Part shown: piece after piece, positions 7,537 through 15,516 of the stretch
How positions within the stretch are numbered: position 1 is the first letter of the stretch
How the letters are laid out: each line of letters opens with the position of its first letter
Source of the DNA: Ignicoccus hospitalis KIN4/I
Lineage (GTDB): Archaea; Thermoproteota; Thermoprotei_A; Sulfolobales; Ignicoccaceae
DNA: 32,000 nucleotides
Direction: 5' to 3'
Assembly (NCBI RefSeq): GCF_000017945.1
Contig: NC_009776.1
Location: 270,001-302,000 of the forward strand
Translations under genes and position numbers: made by a program
The notes under the pieces: generated by a model
The model's database searches: none
What the model was told of the DNA's origin: nothing
Seen by the model: only the letters and a program-made list of their open reading frames with translations

Positions 7537-8860
7537 CCGCGAGGGAGGGGAAGGAGCGCTTCAAAACCTTCCCTCCCACGAGCGCCGCGAGAGCTATGAG
7601 GTCGGCCCTAGCTTTAGTGCTCATCGCCTCCTTGGCGTGGGCGCACGCGTTCTCTTTCGAGCTCTTAAGGCCGGAGCTGGCCTTCCCGATAGTAAACTTA
7701 ACGTGGAACAACGAGACCTACACGACTGTGTACTTCTTCCCGAAGTCCATAAAGGGGTTGTTTTAGGGTTCGTCAAGGGGAAAGAAACCTTCTTGATGGC
7801 GTGCGGCTCCTCAGAAGTTCCGACGTACTTCGAAGCGCGCTTCCGCGCGGACGTACAAGTAGGCAGCGACGAGGACTTGTTCTCGATAAGCCTCGGGGCC
7901 TTGCCGGGCAAGAGGTATTGCGTCACCAAGCTGTCCGAACTCAACTTGGTGGTTAAGCTATTCGAAAGCGAGAAGGATAAAAGCGAAGTCGAGATGGTAG
8001 CTTCCTTGGTGAAGTCAATGTTAGCCGCGGCCGGGGGAGGAGGGCTGGGCCCGGCGGGCCTGGTGTTCCACGCGCGCAAGATTCTTGCGCTCTTCAGCGA
8101 GCTCAGGGGAGTATACGTGAACTTGAGGGTTGAAACCGATAAAGGGAGCGTGAATCTCGACCGGTTCATGTACTTCAAGATCTTGGACTCCGAGCCGCGG
8201 TACACAGAGATAAAGGTCCTCTCCAAGTTGCCCTTGGCCCCCGGGGAACCAGTCAAGCTGTTGGTAAAGAACAAGTCTAACGAGACCGTGGTGTTCCAAG
8301 TGTGGGGCGACTACAAGATGGCAGAGGACGACTTGCTCTACGAGGCCTACTTGAGGCCCGGCGAGGTCCGGGACGTCGAGCTGGAGCTCTACGAGGGAAG
8401 CTACTTGTACTTGAGGGACCTCTACTTGAGGGAGTGTCCGTTAGCGGAGTACGAGAAGACGGGGGAGTGCAGCGTTGTGGGCTCCATTCCATACTTCAAC
8501 GCGCTTACACTGTTGGAGTTGGCAAAGGTTAAGTGGTTCGAGGGGGACTCGGAGGTGACGGAGAGCGAGCTGGGGCCCGGGAGGTACAAGGTCTGCGTGG
8601 AGCCGCCGCCCCTCGTCCCGGACCTAGATATGCACGCTACAGTCACCTTGAGGGTAATTTTGGATAGGAAGCTTCTGCCCGATAGAACGCTCGCCGTCGA
8701 ACGGGTCACGCTGACGTCGCTCACGGACTTCAAGGTTTGTATCAACTTCATTATAGACGAGTGGTCTTTCACGGACGAGTGGAGCGCCAGGGGAATCAAG
8801 CTGGAGCTGAAGGGCTACGGACTCAAGCTGAAGCTGGACGAGCTCCCGCGGCGCAGGTGA
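7517..8860 (+). CDS. Hypothetical protein (maximal ORF limits). The true start is probably the ATG at 7796, or the ATG at 7596 joined by a -1 frame change
   Basis: 447-aa ORF. The first ~90 codons are antisense to, or abut, the neighbouring gene and look non-coding. From MACGSSEVPTYFEARF (ATG 7796) onward the sequence looks protein-like. No recognised domain. Confidence 0.55.
   Translation: MAIKGSIREGGEGALQNLPSHERRESYEVGPSFSAHRLLGVGARVLFRALKAGAGLPDSKLNVEQRDLHDCVLLPEVHKGVVLGFVKGKETFLMACGSSEVPTYFEARFRADVQVGSDEDLFSISLGALPGKRYCVTKLSELNLVVKLFESEKDKSEVEMVASLVKSMLAAAGGGGLGPAGLVFHARKILALFSELRGVYVNLRVETDKGSVNLDRFMYFKILDSEPRYTEIKVLSKLPLAPGEPVKLLVKNKSNETVVFQVWGDYKMAEDDLLYEAYLRPGEVRDVELELYEGSYLYLRDLYLRECPLAEYEKTGECSVVGSIPYFNALTLLELAKVKWFEGDSEVTESELGPGRYKVCVEPPPLVPDLDMHATVTLRVILDRKLLPDRTLAVERVTLTSLTDFKVCINFIIDEWSFTDEWSARGIKLELKGYGLKLKLDELPRRR
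7596..7766 (+). other. 56-codon ORF encoding a canonical signal peptide, one frame away from the downstream long ORF
   Basis: ATG at 7596. My translation is MRSALALVLIASLAWAHA/FSFELLRPELAFPIVNLTWNNETYTTVYFFPKSIKGLF, ending at the stop 7764-7766. It is below the ORF-track size cutoff. Confidence 0.35.
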
Positions 8861-9405
8861 CCCCACAAGTTTTCGCGGAACTCCTCCACCCACTTGGGGT
8901 CGGCCTCCTCGTTCTTCCACGAGGAGGGGTCTGACACCCCCTTTACGTACAAGTACAAGGTCCTAACCACCCCGGCCTCGTCTTGGACGCCCCTCTTCGC
9001 GACCGGCATCCAGCCCGGGACCGGTATCTCGAGCGTCACCACTCTCGCCCCGGGCCTGAGCCCCTCGAGCTTTTCCAGCATCAAGTCCCTAATAACGTCG
9101 TAGTAGATGTATAAGTACACCACCGTTGCGTCCTCCAAGCTCACCTCTTTGAAGTCCTTCTTCAAGATCTTTACCTTATCTTCCAGCCCCTCCTCCCTCA
9201 CCTTCATTTGGGAAAGCAAGACCAAGGCGTCGTCCACCTCGACCCCGACCGCCCGGGCGCCGTAGAGCTTCGCCGCCAGCACCACAACCCTCCCGTCCCC
9301 GGAGCCCAAGTCGTAGACCACGTCCCCGGGCCCCACCTTGGCTAGCTCTAGCGCCGCCTTCACCACCTTCAGCGGGCTCGGTATGAAGGGGACTACCTTT
9401 TCCAC
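8815..9405 (-). CDS. Class I SAM-dependent methyltransferase resembling the crenarchaeal protein lysine methyltransferase aKMT
   Basis: 196-aa ORF. FIPSPLKVVKAALELAKVGPGDVVYDLGSGDGRVVVLAAK, followed by AVGVEVD and ATVVYLY, mirrors my recollection of Sulfolobus aKMT (YVPTP..VV..ML..A.V...D.VYDLGCGDGRI). Its 3' end overlaps the convergent upstream ORF by 46 nt. Confidence 0.7.
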   Translation of the reverse strand: MEKVVPFIPSPLKVVKAALELAKVGPGDVVYDLGSGDGRVVVLAAKLYGARAVGVEVDDALVLLSQMKVREEGLEDKVKILKKDFKEVSLEDATVVYLYIYYDVIRDLMLEKLEGLRPGARVVTLEIPVPGWMPVAKRGVQDEAGVVRTLYLYVKGVSDPSSWKNEEADPKWVEEFRENLWGHLRRGSSSSFSLSP

Positions 9406-9552
9406 GATCGGACCCTAGGAACTCAAAACTCTCTCCCTTATCACCCTTAGCCGGCGATGAGGTGGGTAACCCCGTCCGAAAGGTGAGGTAGGAATTTTCG
9501 TCTGAGCCGACCTTCTTAAGGCCTCTCCCGGAAGGCCCACGGGGTTATAGGA

Positions 9553-10800
9553 GTGGAAGAGAGGGAAGTGCAGCCCGAGGTTAACATCGGCGTGGTAGGG
9601 CACGTGGACCACGGAAAGACCACGTTGGTCCAAGCGCTCACTGGCGTGTGGACCGCCAGGCACAGCGAGGAGCTCAAGAGGGGGATGACTATAAAGCTGG
9701 GCTACGCCGACGGGGACATATACAAGTGCACCAACTGCCCCGAACCGGACGCCTACTCCCCCGAGCCTAAATGCCCGAGGTGCCCCAAGGGGAGCGAGCC
9801 GGTCCTCCAGAGGAGGGTCTCCTACGTGGACGCCCCGGGACACGAGGTGTTGATGGCCACCATGCTCTCCGGCTCCTCCTTGGTGGATGGCGCCTTGCTA
9901 GTAATAGCTGCAAACGAGCCTTGTCCCCAGCCGCAGACTAAGGAGCACTTCATGGCTTTGGACATAATAGGCATTAGGAAGTTAGTTGTCGTCCAGAACA
10001 AGATAGACGTGGTGAGCAAGGACCAAGCGATGAAGAACTACCAACAGATCAGGAAGTTCTTGGAGGGCACTTGGGCTGAGGACGCGGTGGTTGTGCCGGT
10101 CAGCGCCTTGCACAAGGCCAACATAGACGCGCTGCTGGAGGCGATCCAAGAGGAGATCCCCACTCCCCCGAGGGACTTGGACTCCCCGCCCCTCATGTGG
10201 ATAGCTAGGAGCTTCGACGTGAACAGGCCGGGCACGCCCCCGGAGAAGCTCGTAGGAGGGGTCGTCGGGGGCTCCTTGATGAGGGGGAAGCTGAGGGTAG
10301 GGGATAAGATAGAGATAAGGCCCGGCTACGCCGTAAGGAGCGGGAACAAGGTCGAGTACGTCCCGCTGGAGAGCGAAGTGGTCAGCTTGAGGTTCGGCAA
10401 CGTGGAGGTAGAAGAGGCCAAGCCCGGCGGGCTGGTGGCGGTGGGCACCCGGCTGGACCCCTCCGTTACCAAGGCTGACGCCCTCGTGGGGAGCGTGTTG
10501 GGGAGGCCCGGGGAGCTGCCGCCGGTTTACGACCAGCTCACCTTGGAGTACCACTTGCTCGACCGCGTGGTGGGCTTCAGAGGGGGCGAGATGAAGATGG
10601 CCCCGCTGAGGAGGGGAGAGGTGTTAATGATGACCATAGGTACGAACATAACCATCGGTATGGTAGTCGACTTGAAGAAGGACGAAATGACCGTGAAGCT
10701 CCAGAGGCCCGCGGTGGCCTGGAAGGGGGCGAGGGTGGCCTTCAGCAGGAGGATACAAGGCCGCTGGAGGCTGGCGGGCTGGGGCGTGGTTAAAAACTAG
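9553..10800 (+). CDS. eif2g: Translation initiation factor aIF2 gamma subunit
   Basis: 415-aa ORF with a GTG start. It has the GTPase P-loop GHVDHGKTT, DAPGH, NKID and SALH motifs, and the aIF2-gamma Zn-knuckle CTNC...CPRC. Confidence 0.95.
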   Translation: MEEREVQPEVNIGVVGHVDHGKTTLVQALTGVWTARHSEELKRGMTIKLGYADGDIYKCTNCPEPDAYSPEPKCPRCPKGSEPVLQRRVSYVDAPGHEVLMATMLSGSSLVDGALLVIAANEPCPQPQTKEHFMALDIIGIRKLVVVQNKIDVVSKDQAMKNYQQIRKFLEGTWAEDAVVVPVSALHKANIDALLEAIQEEIPTPPRDLDSPPLMWIARSFDVNRPGTPPEKLVGGVVGGSLMRGKLRVGDKIEIRPGYAVRSGNKVEYVPLESEVVSLRFGNVEVEEAKPGGLVAVGTRLDPSVTKADALVGSVLGRPGELPPVYDQLTLEYHLLDRVVGFRGGEMKMAPLRRGEVLMMTIGTNITIGMVVDLKKDEMTVKLQRPAVAWKGARVAFSRRIQGRWRLAGWGVVKN

Positions 10801-11825
10801 AACATCTTTAGGTCCAACCCTTCCTTGAGCCACCTCGAGGCCTCCAAGGCGTGGTACGTTATTATTATGTTTGCGCCGGCCCTCTTTATTGAGTGCAGTA
10901 TTTCCAAAGTTATCTTCTTCTCGTCCACCAGCCCCTTCTCGGCCGCCGCCTTAACCATGCTGTACTCTCCGCTGACGTTGTATGCTGCTAAGGGGTAGTG
11001 GGGGAAGGCCTCCCTCACCCTCCTTATAACGTCCAAGTAGGAGAGCGCGGGCTTCACCATCAAGATGTCCGCCCCCTCCTTAACGTCCAACATAACCTCC
11101 TTCAAGGCCTCCTCCCCGTTCCTGGGGTCCATCTGGTAGGTCCTCCTGTCCCCGTGCTGGGGGGCGTTGCTGGCGGCCTCGCGGAAGGGGCCGTAGAAGG
11201 CGGAAGCGTACTTGGCGGCGTAGCTCATTATAGCCACGTCCGTGAAGCCCTCCTTGTCCAAGGCCTCCCTTATGGCCAGCACCATGCCGTCCATCATCGA
11301 GGAGGGGGCCACCACGTCCGCCCCCGCCTTGGCGTGGGAGAGGGCGACCTTAGCTAACAGCTCCAAGGTCTTGTCGTTGTCCACCACGTACTCGCAGAGG
11401 TCGCCGCGACACCTCTTGGCTAGGACCCCGCAGTGGCCGTGGGAGGTGTAGTGGCAGAGGCACACGTCCGTGAAGACCACCACCTCGTCCCCCAGCTCCT
11501 TCTTGAGCAGCCTGACCGCCCTCTGGACCACCCCTTGGTCGTCGTAAGCGGAGGAGCCGAGGTCGTCCTTGTGCTTGGGGACCCCGAAGAGCAGCACCGA
11601 CCTTACCCCTAGGTCCAACGCCTCTTGGACGTGCTTCACTAACTCCTCTCCCACCGGCCACCTCATCTGCCCGGGCATCGCGCTTATCTCTTCAGGCTTG
11701 TCTATGCCTTCTTTGACGAATATGGGGTATATGAAGTCCCTGGGGGAGAGCCTGGTCTCGGCGACCAAGTCCCTGAGGTACAAGTTCTTCCTCAGCCTGC
11801 GCGGCCGGAGCCTGGGGAAGCTCAA
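10797..11825 (-). CDS. hemB: Porphobilinogen synthase (delta-aminolevulinic acid dehydratase)
   Basis: 342-aa ORF. The RLRRLR-type N-terminus, FIYPIFV, the Cys-rich metal site DVCLCHYTSHGHCG, and VAPSSMMDG and MVKPA are all HemB hallmarks. Confidence 0.95.
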   Translation of the reverse strand: MSFPRLRPRRLRKNLYLRDLVAETRLSPRDFIYPIFVKEGIDKPEEISAMPGQMRWPVGEELVKHVQEALDLGVRSVLLFGVPKHKDDLGSSAYDDQGVVQRAVRLLKKELGDEVVVFTDVCLCHYTSHGHCGVLAKRCRGDLCEYVVDNDKTLELLAKVALSHAKAGADVVAPSSMMDGMVLAIREALDKEGFTDVAIMSYAAKYASAFYGPFREAASNAPQHGDRRTYQMDPRNGEEALKEVMLDVKEGADILMVKPALSYLDVIRRVREAFPHYPLAAYNVSGEYSMVKAAAEKGLVDEKKITLEILHSIKRAGANIIITYHALEASRWLKEGLDLKMF

Positions 11826-11890
11826 GGCCCTCTTCCGCTCCGCAGTAAAGCTCCGAGGACTATATCCGGTAACTCCCGGGGGCGAAGGGC

Positions 11891-12595
11891 TTGAGGTGGT
11901 CCCTAGAGGGCGAGGCGTACCCAGTCATAAGGGTAGAGCTCGAAGAGGGGGAGAAGCTCTACGCGGAGGCGGGCGCAATGATGATGATGAAAGGCGACGT
12001 GAAGGTTGATACTGTGTTGATAGACTTAGAGGAGGAGGGCAACGTGCTGAGGGCGCTGGCGGAGGCCCTCGGGAGGAAGCTGTTGGCCGGGGAGACGGTC
12101 TTCCACAACGTCTTCGAGGGCCCGGGGGTGGTTTGGCTGAGCCCCAGCCTCCCCGGAGGGGTGGAGTACATTGAGGTCAAGGGGGAGTGCTGGACCGTTC
12201 AAGACTACTCCTACGTGGCCCACTTCGGGGACTTGAAGCTGGACCTAGCGTGGAAGGGCCCCAAGGGCCTCTTCTTGGGGGACTTGGTCTGGCTGAGGGC
12301 CTGCGGCGAAGGGGGGCTGTGGGTCTCCAGCTACGGCGACATAATGAAGGTAGAGGTGGAGGACGAAATGGTGATAGACAACATGCACTTCGTGGCCCTC
12401 CCGGACGACGCTGAGTGGAGGGTCGAGAAGTTCGGCGGGCTGAAGAGCTTCATCACCGGCGGGGAGGGGTACGTGATAAGGGTGAAGGGGCCGACCACGG
12501 TCTACGTGCAGACTAGGATACTGCCCCCGCTCGCCGCGGCCATAGCTAGGTTCATGCCCTCGAGGTGGGCCGAGCTCTTCAGGGCGAGGCTTTAG
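11891..12595 (+). CDS. AIM24/DUF124 (TIGR00266-like) family protein
   Basis: 234-aa ORF with a TTG start. The pattern VIRVELEEGEKLYAEAGAMMMMKGDVKVDT and a C-terminal region ending GGEGYVIRVKGPTTVYVQT are typical of the DUF124/AIM24 fold family. Confidence 0.6.
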   Translation: MRWSLEGEAYPVIRVELEEGEKLYAEAGAMMMMKGDVKVDTVLIDLEEEGNVLRALAEALGRKLLAGETVFHNVFEGPGVVWLSPSLPGGVEYIEVKGECWTVQDYSYVAHFGDLKLDLAWKGPKGLFLGDLVWLRACGEGGLWVSSYGDIMKVEVEDEMVIDNMHFVALPDDAEWRVEKFGGLKSFITGGEGYVIRVKGPTTVYVQTRILPPLAAAIARFMPSRWAELFRARL

Positions 12596-12653
12596 GACCT
12601 TACGGCAGTATCTTGAAGGCTCCTTCGAAAGGTCGTCCCAAAATATCGTAGTC

Positions 12654-12660
12654 TTATATA
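12654..12660 (+). promoter_or_regulatory. Putative archaeal TATA box for csx1
   Basis: TTATATA lies about 40 nt upstream of the TTG start at 12698, in the AT-rich intergenic region. It has no other support. Confidence 0.3.
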
Positions 12661-12697
12661 GAGAAAGCCTATTTGTGAGGTATGGGGGATGATGTAA

Positions 12698-14269
12698 TTG
12701 AAGGCGCTGGTAATATCTACGTGGGGCAACTCTAGAGCGTGGGAAAGGGTCACCTATCGCCCGGACGACCATTTGAAGGATGCCCTTGAGGACGTCCTGG
12801 AACAAGAAGTCACCTCATGTAATGTGCTGAAGCTCTTCAAAAAAGAGAATACGAGAAAAGTCGTGCTCCTACCGATATCCCTTCTCGACGAAAAAGCGAA
12901 TGATCTCAAAGAGGCAGAGGACAAGATAAAGGAAACTGTAGTTACATCGAACGAGAACGACGACTGCAGAAAAGATCTAAAAGAAATCTTGAACAGCTCC
13001 GAAGTCAAAATCGTTCTTGGGAGTGGAACTTTCCTCTCGAATAAGGTCATAAAAAAGTTTGAGGTTCCGTTCAACACCGTGTTAAGCGACCTATACTTGA
13101 AACTCTACGAGAGCTTGAAGGAAGAGTACAAGCGTGCGGAGGAAGAACTCGAGGTTATTTTAGACATAACTCACGGAGTTAACTACTACCCCGTAAGCTC
13201 CAGAGCTATACTCGAGAAGCTCTTAGCAGTTATGAGTCACAGAGGAAAGAGTAGGCTTTACGTCGCTTCGAGCGACCCCTTCGTGCGCGGCCGAGGGGGC
13301 TCTGTGAAAGAGACCATGAATCTCGAGTACCACTTAATCGAGAAGAAGGCGTTTCCCAAAAACGCGTTCCTAACCTTGGCAATAGATATAGAGTTTAAAA
13401 ACGTGGTAAAGGGAAAAAGCGAGATAAATGACGAGTTGGAAGAATTGAAGAAGATCAAAAAATACATAGGATTGTTAAGCGTACCGAGCCTCCTCGCGTG
13501 GAGCTACCTCAAATACGTACTGGAGAACAACAACGCCATAAAGAAAGCCGAGAACTTGTTACTTAGGATAAGTAAAGAACTTGAGAAATTCTCCATCGAA
13601 GACGACAAGTTCAAATTTAGTGTGGAATTTAATCCAAAAAGCGTGTTTGACTTAATAGCGCTGATCGAAGTAGGCGAAGCCCTCAAGGACTTAAAAGGGG
13701 AGAAGAACTGTGACTTCTTCGCGGTTGAGTTCGATGACTTGAACGCTAGCAACAATAAATATAAGGACCTCATGGAAGATGTATCCAAGCGCTTATGGGA
13801 GAAGGAGTTCAATGACCTAAAATTGACCATTAGATCCTATGAGCGAGTAAAAGAAGAGGCGAGGAGCGCGCTCGAAGAGTTAAAGAACATAGACGACTTG
13901 AGGAACCTCGCCGTGTCCGAGGAGAAGCTGAGGGAAAAGGTAGAAAAAGAAAGCACAGAACGCCTCAAGTGCAAACTGGAGGAACTTCGAAAATACATCA
14001 TGGACGGGTGGCTCCCGTACTCGTTCCTTAGGGTGGGCAGCGAGGTCAGCGGAGGAGGAGAGAGCATACGGAAGAAGCTCCAAGAGGAGGCCCTGTGGTG
14101 GGCCGTGTGGGCCCTCCGTGTCAATAGGGATGACTGTTCGGCTGACGAAGCCACTGTTAGAAACTTCGTAGCTCACGCGGGCTTGGAGATGAACGTAACC
14201 TTCGTGAAAAATGACAAAGTCGCGTACTACCTCCCCTCCCTTGAGTGCATAATAGAGAAATTAACATAA
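12698..14269 (+). CDS. csx1: CRISPR-associated CARF/HEPN ribonuclease Csx1 (DxTHG family)
   Basis: 523-aa ORF with a TTG start. It has the N-terminal ALVISTWGNSRAWERVTY, the DITHG CARF motif at 13163-13177, and the C-terminal HEPN R-x4-H motif RNFVAHAG at 14159-14176. It lies directly upstream of type III effector genes. Confidence 0.85.
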   Translation: MKALVISTWGNSRAWERVTYRPDDHLKDALEDVLEQEVTSCNVLKLFKKENTRKVVLLPISLLDEKANDLKEAEDKIKETVVTSNENDDCRKDLKEILNSSEVKIVLGSGTFLSNKVIKKFEVPFNTVLSDLYLKLYESLKEEYKRAEEELEVILDITHGVNYYPVSSRAILEKLLAVMSHRGKSRLYVASSDPFVRGRGGSVKETMNLEYHLIEKKAFPKNAFLTLAIDIEFKNVVKGKSEINDELEELKKIKKYIGLLSVPSLLAWSYLKYVLENNNAIKKAENLLLRISKELEKFSIEDDKFKFSVEFNPKSVFDLIALIEVGEALKDLKGEKNCDFFAVEFDDLNASNNKYKDLMEDVSKRLWEKEFNDLKLTIRSYERVKEEARSALEELKNIDDLRNLAVSEEKLREKVEKESTERLKCKLEELRKYIMDGWLPYSFLRVGSEVSGGGESIRKKLQEEALWWAVWALRVNRDDCSADEATVRNFVAHAGLEMNVTFVKNDKVAYYLPSLECIIEKLT

Positions 14270-14383
14270 AGAAGTCAACAAGGATTAAACGATCGATTAA
14301 CAGGGGAAAACATAAAAGCCGGCAGCGCTCGGGTTAAGCGTTAAATGCTCTAAAACAGAGCGGCTGACGGGTGTCGACCCTCC

Positions 14384-15220
14384 TTGAAAAAGGACGTCGT
14401 ACCGGCGTTGATGAGCGCCGTCACGCACGTCCACGTCGGCTGGGGGAGGGGACAAGCGGACGTGGACCAACCAATAATTAAGGACCCTATGGGAATACCC
14501 TTCATCCCCGGCTCCTCCGTCAAGGGCGCGCTTAAGACGAAGTTCTTGATAGAGGGCGGGTGCACGTCGAGTTCGAACGGGGGAGAGGGGTACTGCGAGA
14601 AGTGCGCAGAAGTTTGCTGTCTCTTCGGCGGCGAAATGGGAGGAGAGGGGGCGTCCAGAGTGGTCGTAGCGGACTTCTACCCGCTCCTCATCCCAGTGCC
14701 CTCTTTGGACTATGGGTACGTCTACGTAACTTCTGACTCGCTCTTGCAGTACGCAGAATCTTTAGGCATTAAAGTGATTAAGGGAGAGGGTGAGGGCGAG
14801 GAAATATTCGTGGGAACGCAGAAGGTATCTGTTAACGCGGTTCACCTCGATGAACGTGTGGCGCGGCTCCACCCGTTCTTGAAGCGTTTCCTCAGAAGCG
14901 ACAGTGATAAGTATGTAAGGGTATACAAAGTTGACGACGATCATCTGTCCAGATTGGTGGACGCGGCGCTGGTACGGTTAACTAGGGTTAAAGTGGCGAG
15001 GGGCACGAAGACCGTTGAACGCGGCAAGCTCTGGACGGAAGAGTACCTACCCCACGGGACCGTCCTGGCGGGGGCCTTTGTTTACAGGCCTTGGAGGAAC
15101 GTCTACTGCGAGAGGTGTGAGAGGTGTGAGGAAATATGGGAAAGGCTGAAAGACGTTCTGTTGACGATCGGAGGCAAAGAGACTATCGGTAAAGGCTTGG
15201 TTAAGATCACGGCTTTCTGA
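14384..15220 (+). CDS. cmr4: Type III RAMP backbone subunit, Cas7 family, Cmr4-like
   Basis: 278-aa ORF; the start is TTG 14384 or ATG 14411. VTHVHVGWGRGQADVDQPIIKD parallels Pyrococcus Cmr4 THPGSG..VVDQPIQRE, with the Asp at 14465-14467. Also present are IPGSSVKGALK, LFGG...VVVADFYPLLIPVPS and the C-terminal Gly-rich loop GGKETIGKG. Confidence 0.8.
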   Translation: MKKDVVPALMSAVTHVHVGWGRGQADVDQPIIKDPMGIPFIPGSSVKGALKTKFLIEGGCTSSSNGGEGYCEKCAEVCCLFGGEMGGEGASRVVVADFYPLLIPVPSLDYGYVYVTSDSLLQYAESLGIKVIKGEGEGEEIFVGTQKVSVNAVHLDERVARLHPFLKRFLRSDSDKYVRVYKVDDDHLSRLVDAALVRLTRVKVARGTKTVERGKLWTEEYLPHGTVLAGAFVYRPWRNVYCERCERCEEIWERLKDVLLTIGGKETIGKGLVKITAF

Positions 15221-15516
15221 GAAAACGAAAGGACCTCGTCGCAGCTCCTAGAGAAAGTCTTCGCGAGAGCCTCGTTGCCCCGTTCGGTTGAATGAGTACA
15301 TTGAAGAGATAAAACAGCCCTCTAACTCAACGAACGCGAGGGTACAAGGGTTGCCCCACTGGTCCTCGCCGGCCAACGCAACCCATTTCAAATTCCAGAA
15401 AAGGAACTTTAGCGAACCCGTGTTCCAATTAGCTCGCGCGCCTCACGCGGAGTTCCTCGGAACGATTGGGGACCATATGCTTGAAGTAATCGGACGTTCT
15501 CAGAGGGGTAATTAAC

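Noticed and set aside
9406-9552. Possible C/D-box sRNA in the aKMT/aIF2-gamma divergent intergenic region. The features are GATGAGG ... CTGA with flanking GCCGGC/GCCGAC and a duplicated TGAGGT.
   Set aside because: The putative C box lacks the UGAUGA core needed for a kink-turn, and no C'/D' boxes are present. The region is more simply a divergent promoter.
13504-14154. Minus-strand ORFs inside csx1 (13504-13830, 13837-14154, 12754-13077 and 13258-13467).
   Set aside because: They are Ser/Phe/Leu-rich translations of the antisense of a Lys/Glu-rich (GAA/AAG) gene. The sense frame carries the DxTHG and R-x4-H motifs.
15288-15515. 75-aa TTG-initiated ORF between cmr4 and cas10, considered as a possible Cmr5/Cas11.
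   Set aside because: It is too short, is not helical or small-subunit-like, and has no recognisable motif. It is retained only as part of the unexplained-gap finding.
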